From Isurus oxyrinchus (Eukaryota): a stretch of 64,000 bases of DNA. A program made the position numbers and the translations under genes. This document shows positions 11,985-25,600 of this stretch, in pieces. The notes under the pieces were generated by a model. The model worked only from the letters and a program-made list of their open reading frames with translations, was not told the origin of the DNA and ran no database searches. Within the stretch, counting starts at the first letter, position 1. Each line of letters starts with the position of its first letter. The DNA lies in NCBI GenBank assembly GCA_026770705.1, contig JANJGN010000007.1, positions 109,492,001 through 109,556,000 on the forward strand, given 5' to 3'.

Positions 11985-14960
11985 AATATTTGCCGTCCTC
12001 ATCTGGCCTGGTCTACATGTGACTTCAGGTCCGTAGGAATGTTGTTGACTCTTTGGCCTGGCAAGCCACTCAGTTGTATCAAACCTCTAAAAAGTCAATA
12101 AAGAGGGAACAAACTGGTCGGACCATCCGGCATTGACCGAGGGACCGGAAACGACCACGAGAATTCCAGCCCTGTAGTCCCTGCAAAGTCCTCTTACTTA
12201 ACATCTGCAGGCTTGTAGCAAAAATTGGGAGAGATGCCTCACTGACTTGTCTGGCAACAGCCTAACATGGTGATACTTACGGAATACCTTACAGATCACG
12301 TCCGAGACACACGATCATAGTGATATCCCACTGGCAGGACTGACCCAGCAGAAGAGGCGACACAATGGTGTACCATCAAGAGGGAATTACCTTTGGAGTC
12401 CTAAACATGGATTTCAGAACCCATGATGTTTCATGGCATCAGGTCCAGCGTGGGCAAGAAAAAATCCTTCTGATTACCACGTACTTTCCACCTCCACATT
12501 TCATCCACTCCTACTCAACTGATGAACCAGTGCTCCTCCTTGTGGAACACCACTTTGAGGAAGCATTGAGTGTGGTAAGGGTGCCCAATGTACTCTAGGT
12601 GAGAGACTTAAATGTCCACCGCCAAGAGTGGATCGGTAGCACTAATGCTGACCGGTCTTGCCGAGTTCTAAAGGACATAGCTGCTAGACTGGGTTTGCGC
12701 CAGATGCTGAGGAATCCAACAAGAGGAGAAAACGCATTTCACCTCATCCTCACCAACCTGCCTGCCGCAGACGCATCTATCCATGACAGTATCGGTAGGA
12801 GTGGCGACCGCACAGTCCTTGTAGAGATGACGTCCCATCTTCCCATTGAGGATATGCTCCATCATGTTGTGTGGCACAATCAATGTGCCACAGGGGATGG
12901 ATTTCGATCAGGTGTAGCAACTCAAGAGCGGGCATTCATGAAGCGCTGTGTACATCAGCAGCAGCCGAATTGTACTCAACCACAATCTGTAACCTCATGG
13001 CCCAGCTCATCCCCCACTCTATCATTGCCACAAATGCAGGGGATCAACTCTGGTTCAATGAAGAGAGCAAGCAGATACGCCAGGACTAGCACCAGGCACA
13101 CCCAAAAATTAGGTGTCCACCTGATTAAGCTATAACACAGGGCTATTTGCGGCCAAACAGTATAAGCTGCAAGTGATAGACAGGGCTCAGCCGTTCCACA
13201 ACTACAGATCAGGCATAAGCTCTACAGTTCTGCCACATCCAGCCATGGAGGGTGATGGACAATTTAACAACTCGTTGAAGGACGAGACTCCACAAATGTA
13301 CTGATACTCAATGATGGATGAGCCAGTGTAGAAGATAAGGATGATCCATCACGACCTGCGTAGGAGGACCCCATCGTGTCAAATGCTAGTTTTCTGCCAG
13401 TTTGACTCACCGCACGTGATATCAAGTAATGGCAGAAGGCGCTCGATCCAGCAAAGCCTATGGGCCCTGAAAATATTCCGGCAATTGTACTGAAGGCTTG
13501 TGCTCCAGAACTTGCTGCACCACTTGCCAAGCTGTTCCAATACAGCCACAACAGTGGCATCTACTCACCAATGTGAGAAATTGTCCAACTTTGTCCTGTA
13601 CACAAAAAGCTGGAAAAATTCAACCCACCAATTACCGCCCCATCAGTCTACTGTCAGCCATCAATAAAGAAATGGAAGGGGTCATCAACACTATTATCAA
13701 GCGGTGCTTGCTCAGCAATAACCTGCTTCTGGATGCTGAAATGGGTTCCATCATGGTCAATCAGAATCTGACCTCCTACAGGCTTGGTTCAAACATGGAC
13801 AAAAGAGCTGAACTCTCGAGGTGATGGGAGAGTGACTGCCCTTCATATCAAGGCAGCATTTGACAGAGTGCAACATCAAGGAGCTCTTGCAAAACTGGAG
13901 TCAATGGAAATCAAGGGGAAAATTCTTTGCTGGTTGGAGTCATACCTAGCACAAAGGAAGATGGTTGTGGTTGTTGGAGGTCAATTATCTCAGTTCCAGT
14001 GCATCACTGCAGGAGTTCCTCAGGGTAGTGTGCTGGTCCCAACCATCTTCAGTTACTTCCTCAGTGACCAGCCTTCCAAAATAAGGTCAGAAGTGAAGAT
14101 GTTTGCTGATGATTGCACAGCGTTCAGCCCTATTCCAGACCCTCAAATACTGAAGCATACATGTCCAAATGCAACAAGACATGTGGCAAGTAACATTTGT
14201 GCCACACAAGTGTCAGGCAATGGCCATCTCCAACAAGAGAGAATCCAACCATCGCCCCTTGAAGTTCAATGGCATTAGCATCACTGAATCCCTTTCTACC
14301 AACCTTCCAGGGGTTATTATTGACCAGAAACTGAAGTGGACAAGCCATATAAATACTATGGCTGCAAGAATTGGTCAGAGGCTAGGAATCCTGCAGTGAG
14401 TAACTCACCTCATGACTCCCCAAAGCATGTCCCATGATCTACAAGGCACAAATTCGGGCGTGTGATGGAATACTCTCCACTTGCCTCGATGAGTGCAGAT
14501 CCAGCAACACTCAAGGAGTTTGACATCGTCCAGGGCAAAGCAGTCCACATGAAAGGCACCCCTTCCACAAACAGTCACTACCTCCATCACCCACGCACAG
14601 TAGCAGCAGTGTGTGCCATCTTCAAGATGCACTGCAGAAACTCACCAAGACTCCCACCCACGATCCCTGCATCTAGATGAACGAGGACAACAGATGCATG
14701 GGAACGCCAATACCTACAATTTGCCCTCCAAGCCACTTACCATCTTGACTTCGAATTATATGACCGTTCCTTCACTGACGCTGGGTCAAAGTCCTGGAAT
14801 CCTGGAATTTTCTCCCTAACAGCACTGTGGGTGTATCGACACCACAGGAACTGCAACAGTTCAAGAAGGAAGCTCACCATCACCTTCTCAAGGGAAATTA
14901 GGGATGGGCAGTAAATGCTGAGCTAGCCAGCGACGCCCACATCCTATAAATAACGAAAAA
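11985..14960 (+). mobile_element. CR1/L2-group non-LTR retrotransposon, near-complete decayed ORF2 (APE endonuclease + RT), in a gene A intron
   Basis: DLNVH and PTRGEN..LILTN (endonuclease); NYRPISLLS, KAAFDRV, GVPQGSVL and FADD (RT); A-rich 3' end. Confidence 0.93.
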
Positions 14961-15502
14961 AGGCAGCCTGGCTACAGTAAAGCCTGCTCAATGCATCATG
15001 CTGTTAATTCTTTCCCTGAGCGGAAAAGAAATAGTCCATCACTCGTTAATTTCTTTCACTATTCAATGACATTCTTACTTTAGTAAACGCAGAACATAAA
15101 ATTGCAAGGTTACCTTTATTCAATTACTGCAATCCAGAATTTTGCTGTGTCAATGAACAAATTCTTGTGAAAATGTCGCCAAATTCCTATTATTAAGTAA
15201 GGAACGTAAAGAACAAAAACACGCTTAATGACCATGGAAATTTGATCGCTTTCTCATTCTAATTCTCCTGAAACTGTGCTCTGAGATCCTCAAATTCCGC
15301 ACCGCTGAACAATCCAAAATGTTCAATCTATTCTTGGATGTTACTTCAAATATTATATCACATAACCCCTATTTAAACTTTGTTGTTGCTATCCTATAAC
15401 ACTGAGTTACTGAAATCACCATTCTAGCTGAAGCAATAAACTATAATGGGGCCTATTGTCGGCCAACGTCCGTCCTCATTAATGTTCGTATTAATCTTGC
15501 AG

Positions 15503-15616
15503 TTAGTCTTGTTAATTCACCTTACTTCTTGGTTGCCGGGTGTGCCATTATTGGATTGGGCGCTTTGGTGCTAATGATTGCTATTCGATTGTGGTACCGA
15601 GTGCAGAATAATGAAG
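15503..15616 (+). CDS. Gene A transmembrane exon
   Basis: VSLVNSPYFLVAGCAIIGLGALVLMIAIRLWYRVQNNE; acceptor ttaatcttgcag is identical to the gene C TM acceptor; donor G|gcaagg. Confidence 0.85.
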
Positions 15617-16304
15617 GCAAGGTCCACTGTAAGAAGTTGATTTTAGTACAAAACCTCAGAGCGATTGTCCGCTTCGAGTAACACGGGCGAAGGAGAGCTC
15701 GATCAGGACTTCAAGTTGAAAACAATATTTTAGCTGTTTTCAGAAACGGCCGATTGTTTGTAATGCATGTAACAAAATACAAATGCTCACAGGCTCATAA
15801 TAAAAGTTGAGATAATTTGCTAGATTTTGCAGCGGAAATTTTGCCTCTGCAGCGTGATTAATGAAATGCACCTTGGCACGCAATCATTTGCCCAATCATT
15901 CTTTTGTGGAGGAGCAACTAGTTTCAATGAAAGTGTGTGAACCTCCGACTGGGCAATCGATGTGCACTTGAGTGACAGATCTCGGCCGTAGGGACTCTTG
16001 AGCCTGCTTCCTGTACAAATAGAACATTGCTTTTCTTTCTTCCACAACTGAAGTTTTCAGCCCCATCCCCTTATTGTTGAATCCGTCAGTGTCCAAAACG
16101 ATTCCCTTTATTTCCGAAACAAAAATCAAAAATAGTGCACCAGTCCTGATCGCGACAATGGCTGACATTTCAAAAGCTATTGGTACAATGCAGACTGAGG
16201 AACATTTTCGGCTTTGTTTTGACTCTAAAAAAATGGCTTCGCAATCACGGGAACTGAGTAAATATATCAATTTTTCACCATCATTAAATCTCATTCCTTT
16301 CTAG

Positions 16305-16348
16305 ATAAAGAAGAATGTGCAACTGGATCAAACCACTGCGAAGAAGTT
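16305..16348 (+). CDS. Gene A 44-nt cytoplasmic linker exon DKEECATGSNHCEEV
   Basis: tag|...|gtatgt; same length and phase (1/0) as the gene B and C equivalents. Confidence 0.8.
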
Positions 16349-16704
16349 GTATGTTTATTCACTGAGTCTGACATATATGTGAAACGTCAAGAAAGATTGA
16401 TATAATGGAAAGGTTATATCATGATCACGTCAAAGCAGTTGAACTCCAATTACTAAAATAGTTTGTTCGATCATAATGTTTCCTTCAAATCGTGATTAGA
16501 AGTGTGTTGGGCAGTCGGCGCATTGCTGGTAAAAGACAAGTTATCTGGCAGAAAAGAAAACGACCTATTTCGTTCAAAGTGCGGCTGGTAAGAACTGCCT
16601 ATAGATTCAATTATTATTTGGACTTGAGAAATCTTAACAAAAACCGGAAGCTTGTCTTACCATTTCTGTAGAGTGCACAGAGACAGGTTTAACTATTAGT
16701 TTTA

Positions 16705-17465
16705 GCAGGAACATAGGACTTAGGAGCAGAAGTAGGGCATTCAGCCGCGCAAACCTGCTCCGCCATTCAACAAGATCAAAGCTGATCTGGTTTTGATGCC
16801 AACTCCGCTTTTCTGCCTGCCCTAATAACCCAGGATCCCGTTGTATATCAAAAATGTCTTCCTCTGCCTTGAATAAATTCATTGATCCAGCCTCCACTTC
16901 TCTCTGGAAAAGAGAATTCCACTTACCAACGACCTCCTGAGAGAAAAGAGCTCTCCTGATCACTGCCGTAAAAGGGAGCCCTCTAATCGTTAAATATTGT
17001 CCCCTAACTCTAGACTCCCCCACAAGTGGAAACATCATCCGCACATCTACCCTGTCAAGTCAACTCAGGATCTTACATCTCTCCGTAAGATCGCCTCTCA
17101 TCTTTCTAAGCTACAATGTGCCCAACCTGTTCAAAATTTCTCCATAAGCCCCTCATCCCAGGAATGAGTGGAATGAACATTCTCTGAACGACTTCTAACG
17201 CAATTACATATTTTTGTTCAGATATGAGACCAAATCTGCACACAGTATTCTGGATTTGGTGTCATCAATGTGCTCTACAGCTGCAGTAAAAGTTGCGTAC
17301 ATTTATGTTCCATTCACCTTTCAATAAAAGCCAACATTCGATTTGCCTTCCGAATCACTTGCGGTATCTGCATGCCAACTTTTTGTGAATCATTTGCCAA
17401 GACACCCAGATCCCTCTGTACCACCGAGTTTTGCAACTCCTCCATTTAAACAGCATGCTGCTATG
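16705..17465 (-). mobile_element. CR1 LINE 3' fragment
   Basis: MFPLVGESRVRG...FSQEVVGKWNSL C-terminal motif and CR1-type 3' UTR. Confidence 0.85.
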
Positions 17466-17635
17466 ATATAGTGAAGACAGTGTGCTAATAGAGGCGTTTA
17501 TGCAAATCAAAATAAGTTATTGTTTGTGCAATTGTTTTCCAGATCAACTTGCCCAATGTTTGGTCAGTGGTACGTATCCTAGCGAAGACAATGAACTGGT
17601 TGCATAACCAAATAATTTCTTTCTCACCTATGCAG

Positions 17636-17737
17636 GGAGCAACAGCAGAGGTAATACATTATGCTGCATTAGATTTCAGCAGAACCAGAAAAGCTCCAAG
17701 ACGTGACTATACAGATGAGAGAACCATCTACGCTCAG
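17636..17737 (+). CDS. Gene A cytoplasmic exon with ITIM IHYAAL and TIYAQ
   Basis: 102 nt, phase 0/0, cag|GGA...CAG|gtagga; homologous to gene C 43636-43737. Confidence 0.88.
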
Positions 17738-17941
17738 GTAGGACTGAGTCACGGAAAGAAAACATAGATCAGGAGTTTAGCAATAGCTATAATGCGAGAA
17801 CGAAGGGCATATATTTCATCTGACTTAGGTTGTGCGTTATATTAAAACTATTTTGCGACCTTCTGACGATTGTTTGAGCAGTAGCCCATAGGACTTGTAA
17901 AACTGCCAAAGTCACTTTATTTCTAAACATTAATATTACAG

Positions 17942-18073
17942 ACTGAACAAGAAATAGCCCGAAACGAGCTCACGTACGCGACTCTTGAAATTGCTAGTTC
18001 AGAGAAAAAGGGGAAGTACAGCAAAAACGAAATGAACACAGAGTATGTACAGCTGCAGAGAGAGAAAAAGTGA
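17942..18073 (+). CDS. Gene A terminal exon with ITIM LTYATL and ITSM-like TEYVQL
   Basis: tacag|TEQEIARNELTYATLEIASSEKKGKYSKNEMNTEYVQLQREKK*. Confidence 0.88.
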   Translation, partial: TEQEIARNELTYATLEIASSEKKGKYSKNEMNTEYVQLQREKK

Positions 18074-19419
18074 AAAAACAGAGACTTCCTTTAAAGAACC
18101 AAGAATCAATTAGCAGTCCTCTGCTATATCACTCCAGGCGTGTATGTACCGCGCGATACCATCCTTCCAAGATGGAAGATAATTTCAATAATAGTTCAGA
18201 TAATGCAATCGATCGCTATTACTTAATGTTTAGTTGATTGATGAAGTTGATTTTAATTACCTGGAAACAAAATAGCTATTCTGGCATATTCTATGGTTAT
18301 ATCTGTTGGATTTATTTGATTGCAAATTTCTACTCTTTAAATTGCAATGATACGCGAATCACTTCGCTATACCTAAATAGCAGCATTTATAAGGTCAGGA
18401 AAATATATACAATTTGTGCCCATTTTGGCGATTAATGCTGTAAAACCTGTCTCGAGATTTACGTCTGGCGTTACTGCATTATGACTTCCAGTCAATGAAC
18501 GCTGCTGGTGAGAAACGGGTGCAGCTCAATTTGGTGAATGCGCCCATCAAAGTATTGAAAGTAGCTTCCAGTTGTCCCATGTCACCCAAAGCCACATCTA
18601 CCCAGGTGGCCGCGTAAAACCATACAAATTTACATCACGAAAGAAATCCATGAAGCCCATTGTGGCCGGGTCGACATTTTGATAGAGCGTGATAATGACT
18701 CCCACTTGTGCACTCTTCCCCATATCTCTGCCATTTTTATTTTCCTTTTCAAGTATATATCCAATTCCGTTTTGCAAGTTCCCAATGATTCTTCTTCCAA
18801 GAGGCAACATCCTATGGTGTCACGTTTTAAAATAACTGGATATATCCTCAGCTACAACATTACCTTCACCTTTTCTCTCCGCCGTTTCTTCAAATAAGCG
18901 TACAAGGAAATCAAGCATAATCTGTCTTTTTCTGAATCGCTGCATTTTTGACTTAATTGGCCCAGTTTTCTACAAGAACGTATATCTCGAATGATAAAGG
19001 CCTGCAAAATGCAAGTAAATATACATCAATTTACTTATCTAATATCTAAAAACAATTTGTTGCTTCAAAATTGAGACAAAGTAGTCTAAGTTATTTTGAT
19101 AAATAATTAACCAAAACAGTGTAGTGTCGTACAAGTATTCAAAGACGAATAGTTTAGTGATCCGTTAGTTCTGAAAAAGCGTGAAATTTTGCATGGGTGT
19201 TTTAACATTGTGTCTTTAGCTACACTAACCTGTTGCTAACTGTTGACAGAGGCGAATTGCTTGCTCAAATTAATTAAATGTGGTTCAACTGCTCTGCTCG
19301 AGGCAGCAACACATCTAGTTCTACATTTAACTCTGTTGACTACAAAATGCTGAAAGCCAACATTGTGTTGCACAGCAGCATCACGGCGTAATTGAAACAA
19401 AACTTCATGTTCATATTCA

Positions 19420-19997
19420 ACATATATTCTATTCCACATTTTTCAGCCAGAAGTGCCGAGAGTATGATCCATATCGGCCCCCATCTGAGGTCCCCAGCAT
19501 TGTAAGTGTCAGTCTTCAGCCAACTCCATTCACCCAAGAAGCAGCTGAAAACATTGGATACTGCAAAGGCTATAAGGCCCTGAAAATATTCCGACAATTG
19601 TACTGACGTCTTGTGCTCCAGAACTTGTCATGCCCTTCCCAAGATGTTCCAGTACAGCTACAGCACCGGCATCTACCCGGCTATGTGGAAAATTGCCCAG
19701 GTATGCCCTGTACACAGCAAGTAGGACAAACCCAACCCGGCCAATTACTGTCCCGTCAGTCTACTCTTGAACATCATTAAAGTGATGGAAGGGGCCATGA
19801 GCTGTGTTATGAAATGGCACTTCATAGCATGCTCCCTGATACTTAGTTTGGGTTCCACCAAGATCACTGAGTTCGGGACAGAATTACAGCCTTTGGCCCG
19901 AAGATGGACAAAAGAGGTGAACTCCAGAGATGAGCTGAGCGTGACTGTACTTGACACCAACGCAGCATTTGGCCGCATTGGCATCAAGGAGCCCTGA
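19420..19997 (+). mobile_element. Internal RT fragment of the 12-15 kb LINE family, truncated at the Penelope junction
   Basis: Aligns with ~13330-13890. Confidence 0.85.
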
Positions 19998-22690
19998 AAA
20001 AGTAAAGGGGCAGTTGTTGCGCCTTCTGTGGATCCATGGAAAGCTGCACTGGGAGGGGTTTGAGGTGTAGGGGGTGATGGAGAAGTGGACCAGGGTGATC
20101 CGGAGAGAACGATCCCTATGGAATGCCGACAGGGGGTCTGAATGGAAGATGTGTTTGGTGGTGGCATCATGTTGGAGTTGGCGGAAACTGTGGAGGATGA
20201 TCCTTCGAATGTGGAAGCTGGTGGGGTGATAAGTGAGGACAAGGGGGACCCTATCATGGTTCTGGGAGGAAGTGGAAGGTGTGAGGGCAGATATGTGGGA
20301 GATGGGCCGGACTCAATTGAGGGCCCTTTCAACTACTGTGGGTGCAAAACCTCGGATAAGGAAGAAGGAAGACATGCTGTTTTGGAAAGTGGCATCATCA
20401 GAATAGATGCAACGGAGGCGAAGGACCTGGGGGAATTGGATGGAGTGCTTACAGGAAGCAGTGTGTGAGGAGCTGTAGTCGAGGTAGCTGTGGGAGTCGG
20501 TAGGCTTGCAATGAATATTAGTGGACAGTCTATTACCAGATATTGAGACAGAGAGGTCAAGGAAGGGAAGGGAAGTGTCAGTGATGGACCATGTGAAAAT
20601 TATGGAAGGGTGGAAATTGGAACCAAAATTAATACGTTTTTCCATGGCCAGATGACAGCATGAAGCAGGACCGAAGCAGTCACCAATGCACCAGAGAAAG
20701 AATTGTGGGAGTGGGCCTGAGTAGGAATGGAACAAGGGATTTTCCACGTGCCCCAGAGACAGGCATAACTGGCGCCCATGAGGGTACCCATAGCCACACC
20801 TTTTATTTGGAGGAAATGAGACGAGTTTAAGGAGACATTGTTCAGTGAAAGAACAGTTTCAGCCGGACGGAAGTGAATGGTGGTGGATGGAGATTGTCTG
20901 GGCTTCTGTTCGAGGAAGAAGCAGAGAGCCCTCAGACCATCCCGGTAGGGGATGGAGTTGTAGAGGGATTGGACGTCCATGGTGAAGAGAAGGCAGTTAG
21001 TGCCAGAGAACTCGAAACTGTTGATATGATGTAGGGCGACAGAGGAATCACGGATGTACATGGAAAGGGACTAGACAAGGGGAGAGAGAGTGGAGTCAAG
21101 ATAGCAAGAAATGAATTCGTGGGGCGGGAACAGGCTGACACAATCGGTCTGCCAGGAAAGCCCTGTTTGTGGATTTTGGATAGGAGGTAGAAGAGGGCCG
21201 TTCATGGTTGGGAGACAATGAGGTTCGAAGCAGTGGAGGGAAGATTTCCAGACGAGATGAGGTCAGTGACAGTCCTGGAAACAATGGCTTGATATTCAGT
21301 GGTCGGGTCATGGCCCAGGTGGAGGTAGAAGGAAGTGTCTACGAGTTGACACTCAGCCTCTGTGAGGTAGGGGTCAGTGCACCAGATAAGAACAGAACCA
21401 CCCTTGTCAACTGGTTTGATGACGAAATGAAGGTTGGACCTGAGAGGACAAAATGCAGCAAGTTCAGAAAGAGACACGTTGGAGTGGGTGAGAGGAGCAG
21501 AGAAATTTAGCTAACTGATGTCACGCTGACAGTTCTCAATGAAATGATCAAGAGCAGTTAAGAGTCCCGAGGTAGGGGTCCAGGTGGAGCGAGAATATAG
21601 GAGGCAGGTAAAAAGATCAATTGAACGGGGAGAGGACTCCTGCCCAAAGAAGAGATCTTGGAGATGAAGGCGGGGGAAGAAGAGTTCAGCATCGTGCCAA
21701 GCCCGATATTCATTGAGGTGAGGGCGTAAGGGTATGAAATTGAGGCATTTGCTGAGCACTGAACATTTAGCATAAGAGAGGGGAAGGTCAGAGGGTATGG
21801 TGAATACACGGCCAGGGCTGGATTGGAAGATGGAATAGGGTAGAGGGACAGGCAGGCGTAGAGGGTCCTGGAAGGGCATTAGTGTTGATGGTTTGTTGGA
21901 GCTTGCGTTCTTTTGCACCAGAAAGAAAGAGACAAAGTTTCCTGTAAAGGTGTCGGATGAGATGAATAATTAAATGAAACTGGAGGCAAGGAGAGCTTAG
22001 AGATAGGTGAGTCGGTGTTGCTGGAGGGAAAGGTCGAGTGTGTTCATATGATGGCCCATGGCACTCAGTGTGGATCTCAGGATACAACAAGAACAGCAGT
22101 CCAAAGAACGATGTATGTCCCGGAGTTACCTGTAATCCTGGGTGGGTTCAAAACATGAGAGATGGAACTTCAGTTGGAATCCACATGGGGTAAGTCAGAG
22201 ACTGAGTCAGTCATGAAGGAAGGAAATATGGCTGTGAAAGCGAAGTTTTGTAAACACCTTGTCAAACACCAGGAGAGAAATGGAAAGCAATGTTGGTGAA
22301 CAGGGCATAAGAGACAAGTGGAAATCCTGTCGGAGAGAAAAGCAGTACTTCTTCAACGTTGTCATTCCTGGAAGAGAAGTGACAGTCAATTAAACACTAA
22401 GATAAAGAGCAAAATACAACGGATGCTGAAAATCTGAAACAAAAACAAAAATAGCTGGAAAAACTCCATAGGTCTGACAACATCTGCGGAGAGGAATACA
22501 GTTGACGTTTCGAGCTCATATGACTCTTCATCAGAAATAAGGAAAAATAGAAATGAGGTGAAATATAATCTGTTTAAGGGGGTTGGGACAGGTAGAGCTG
22601 GATAGAGGGCCAGTGATAGGTGGAGGCAAAGAAGAGATTGCCAAAGATGTCATAGACAAAAGAACAAAGGGGTGTTGACGGTGGTAAAGT
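19998..22690 (-). mobile_element. Penelope-like element copy 1 (terminal repeat + RT, truncated near the GIY-YIG region)
   Basis: FVIKPVDKGG, FTMDVQSLY, FLQIKGVAMGT, LPFLDL; inverted homolog of the copy at 23040-25250. Confidence 0.92.
22500..22538 (-). ncRNA. Minimal hammerhead-ribozyme motif in a Penelope terminal repeat
   Basis: CTGATGA-AGAGTCATATGAGCTC-GAAAC-GTC on the minus strand. Confidence 0.65.
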
Positions 22691-22694
22691 TAGA

Positions 22695-25600
22695 TTTTTT
22701 AATACATTTTTAATATATTTTTCTTTTCCTACCTATTTCTATTATTTTTAAATTTATTCCAATCCATTGTTTTATCTCTACACTTTCGATCCCTTCCCCT
22801 CACCGCACCTCCACTAGGGTCATCTGTCACTTGTTCGTCCTTAAGTCTACCCTTAATGTCACCATTCACACATTCCTTAGCTAGTATCACCATCGTCAAC
22901 ACCCCTTTGTCCTTTTATCTATGACATATTTAGCAATCTTTTCTTTGCCTCCACCTTTCACTGGCCCCCTATCCAGCTCTACCTGTCCCAACCCCCTCAA
23001 ACAGCTTATAATTCACCTCATTTCTATTTTCCTCAGTTCTGTTAGTGTTTAACTGCTTACCACTTCACTTCCAGGAATGCTTAACTTGAAGAAGTATTGC
23101 TCTTCTCTTCGACAGGATTTCTGCTTGTCTCATTTGCCCTGTTCACCTTCATTGCTTTCCAATTCTCTCCTGATGTTTGCCAAAGTGTTTACTAAAACTC
23201 ACTTTCACAGCCATATTTCCTTCCTCGCTGACTGTCTCCATCTCCACATTACCCCTCGTGGATTCCAATTGAAATTCCATCCCTCATGTTTCGAACCCAT
23301 CCAGGATTACAGGTATCTCCGGGAGATACAATGATCCTCGGACTGCTATCCTTGTCGCATCCTGAGATCCACACTCAGTGCCATGCACCACCACATGAAC
23401 ACACTTGACCTCTCCTTCCAGCAGCACCGACTCAACCTATTTCTAAGCTGCTCTTGCCTCCAGTTTCATTTTATTCTTTGTCTCAGCCGACATCTCAACA
23501 AGAAACGTTGTCTCTGTCTTTCAGGTGCAAAGGAATGCAAGCTCCAACAACCGATCAACACCAATGCACATCCAGGGCCCTCCAACGGTGCCTGTCCGTC
23601 TGACTCCCTCCTGTCTACCAAGCCCAGCCCTGGCCATGTATTCACCATGCCGCCTGACCTTCCCCTCTCTGATGCTGAACGTTCAGTGCTCAGCAAAGGA
23701 CTCAGTTTCAAACCATTACGCCCTCACCTCAATGAATATCGGGCTCAGCACGATGCTGAACTCTTCTTCCACCGTCTTCGTCTCCGGGCTCACTTCTTTG
23801 GGCAGGAGTCCTCTCCCCGTTCAATGGATCCTTTTAACCACCTCCAATATTCTCCCTCCACCTGGACCCCTACCTCGGGATTCTAACCTGCTCTTGATCT
23901 TTTCATTGAGAACTGCTGTCATGACATCGATCCTTTCAATTTCTCTGCTCCACCCACTCAGCGCAACCTGCCTCTTTCTGAACTTGCTGCAATCCATTCT
24001 CTCAGGCCCAACCCTGACCTTGTCATCAAACCTGCTGACAAGGGTGGTGTTGTTGCTATCTGATGCACTTACCTCTACCTCACAGAGGCTGAGCGTCAAC
24101 TCGCAGACACTTCCTCCTTCCTCCTCCTGGACCATGACCGCACCACTGAATATCAAGCCATTTTTTCCAGGACTGTCACTGACTTCATCTCCTCTGGAGT
24201 TCTTCCCTCCACAGCTTCCAACCTCATAGTCTTCCAACGTCGGACGGCCCGCTTCTACCTCCTACCCAAAATCCACAAATAGGGCTGTCCTGGCACACCG
24301 ATCATGTCAGCCTGTTCCTGCCCAGCAGAACTCACTTCTTGCTCTCTTGACTCTTTTCTCTCCATCCTTGTCCAGTCCCTTCCCACCTGCATCCACGATT
24401 TCTCTGACACCCTACATCATATCAACAATTTCCAATTCCCTGGCCACAACCACTTCCTCTTCACCATGGACATCCAATCCATCTACACGTCCATCCACCA
24501 CCTGGATGGTCTAAGGGCTCCCTGCTTCTTCCTTAAACAGAGGCCTGAACATGGAATAATGTACTTATTTTGCTTGCCATTACACCCCTCCTTCATTTTC
24601 ACATGTTTCATCACTGACACTTCCCTTCCCTTCCTTGACCACTCTCAGTATCTGTTGATAGACTATCCACCAATATTCATTACAAGCCTATCGACTCCCA
24701 CAGCTACCTCGACTACAGCTCCTCACACCTTGCATCCTGCTTTCTATCCCATTCTCTCAGCTCCTTCTCCTCCATCACACCTGCCCCGATGATGCCACTT
24801 TCCAAAACAGTTCCTTAACATGTCTTCTTTCTTCCTTAACTGCAGTTTTCCACCCACGGTGGTTGGCAGGACCCACAACCACGTCTAGCCCATCTCCTGC
24901 ACATCTGCCCTCATGCCTTCCTCTCCCTCCTGAAAGCATGATAGCCCCCCCCCCCCCCCCCCCTTGGCCTCAGTTAGCACCGCTAGCACCCCACCAGCCT
25001 CCACATTCAAAGGATCATCCTCCAACATTTCCGCCAAGTCCAGCATGCTGCCACCACCAAACACATCTCTCCTTCACCGCACCCCCCTCCCCCCCCCGTC
25101 AGCATTCAGGACGGACCATTCCCTCCTGGACACTCTGGTCCACTTCTCCATCACCCCCTACACCTCAACCCCCTCCCAGTGCACCTTCCCATGCAACCAC
25201 AGAGGGTGCAAAGCCTGCCCCTTTACTACTACCCTCCTCACCGTCCCAGGGCCCAAACACTCCTTGCATTCACTTGCACTTCCCTAAATTTAGTCTACTG
25301 CATGCACTGCTCCTAATGCAGTCTCCTCTACATTGGAGATACCAAATGCAGACTGGGCTAATGCTTTGCACAATACCTTTGGTCTGTCTGCAAGCATCAC
25401 GCAGACCTCCCTGTCACTTGCCATTTCAACACATCACCGTGCTCTCAGCCCCATATGTCCGACCTTGGCAGGCTGCAATGTTACAGTAAAGCTCAATGCA
25501 AACTGGAGGAACAGCAACTCCTCTTCCAATCAGTCACTTTACAGCCTTCTGGACTTAACATTGAGTTCAACAACTTCAGATCATGAACTCTGCCCTCCAT

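Larger units (their letters stand above)
9610..18073 (+). pseudogene. Gene A: V(J)-C1-TM-ITIM/ITSM IgSF receptor (SIRP-like architecture, NKp30-like V), disabled by two in-frame stops
   Basis: Exons 9610-9664, 9838-10158, 11086-11397, 15503-15616, 16305-16348, 17636-17737 and 17942-18073 splice in frame (1080 nt). TAA at 9646-9648 (leader) and 10110-10112 (V). The TM-exon donor is GC where the paralogs have GT. Confidence 0.85.
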
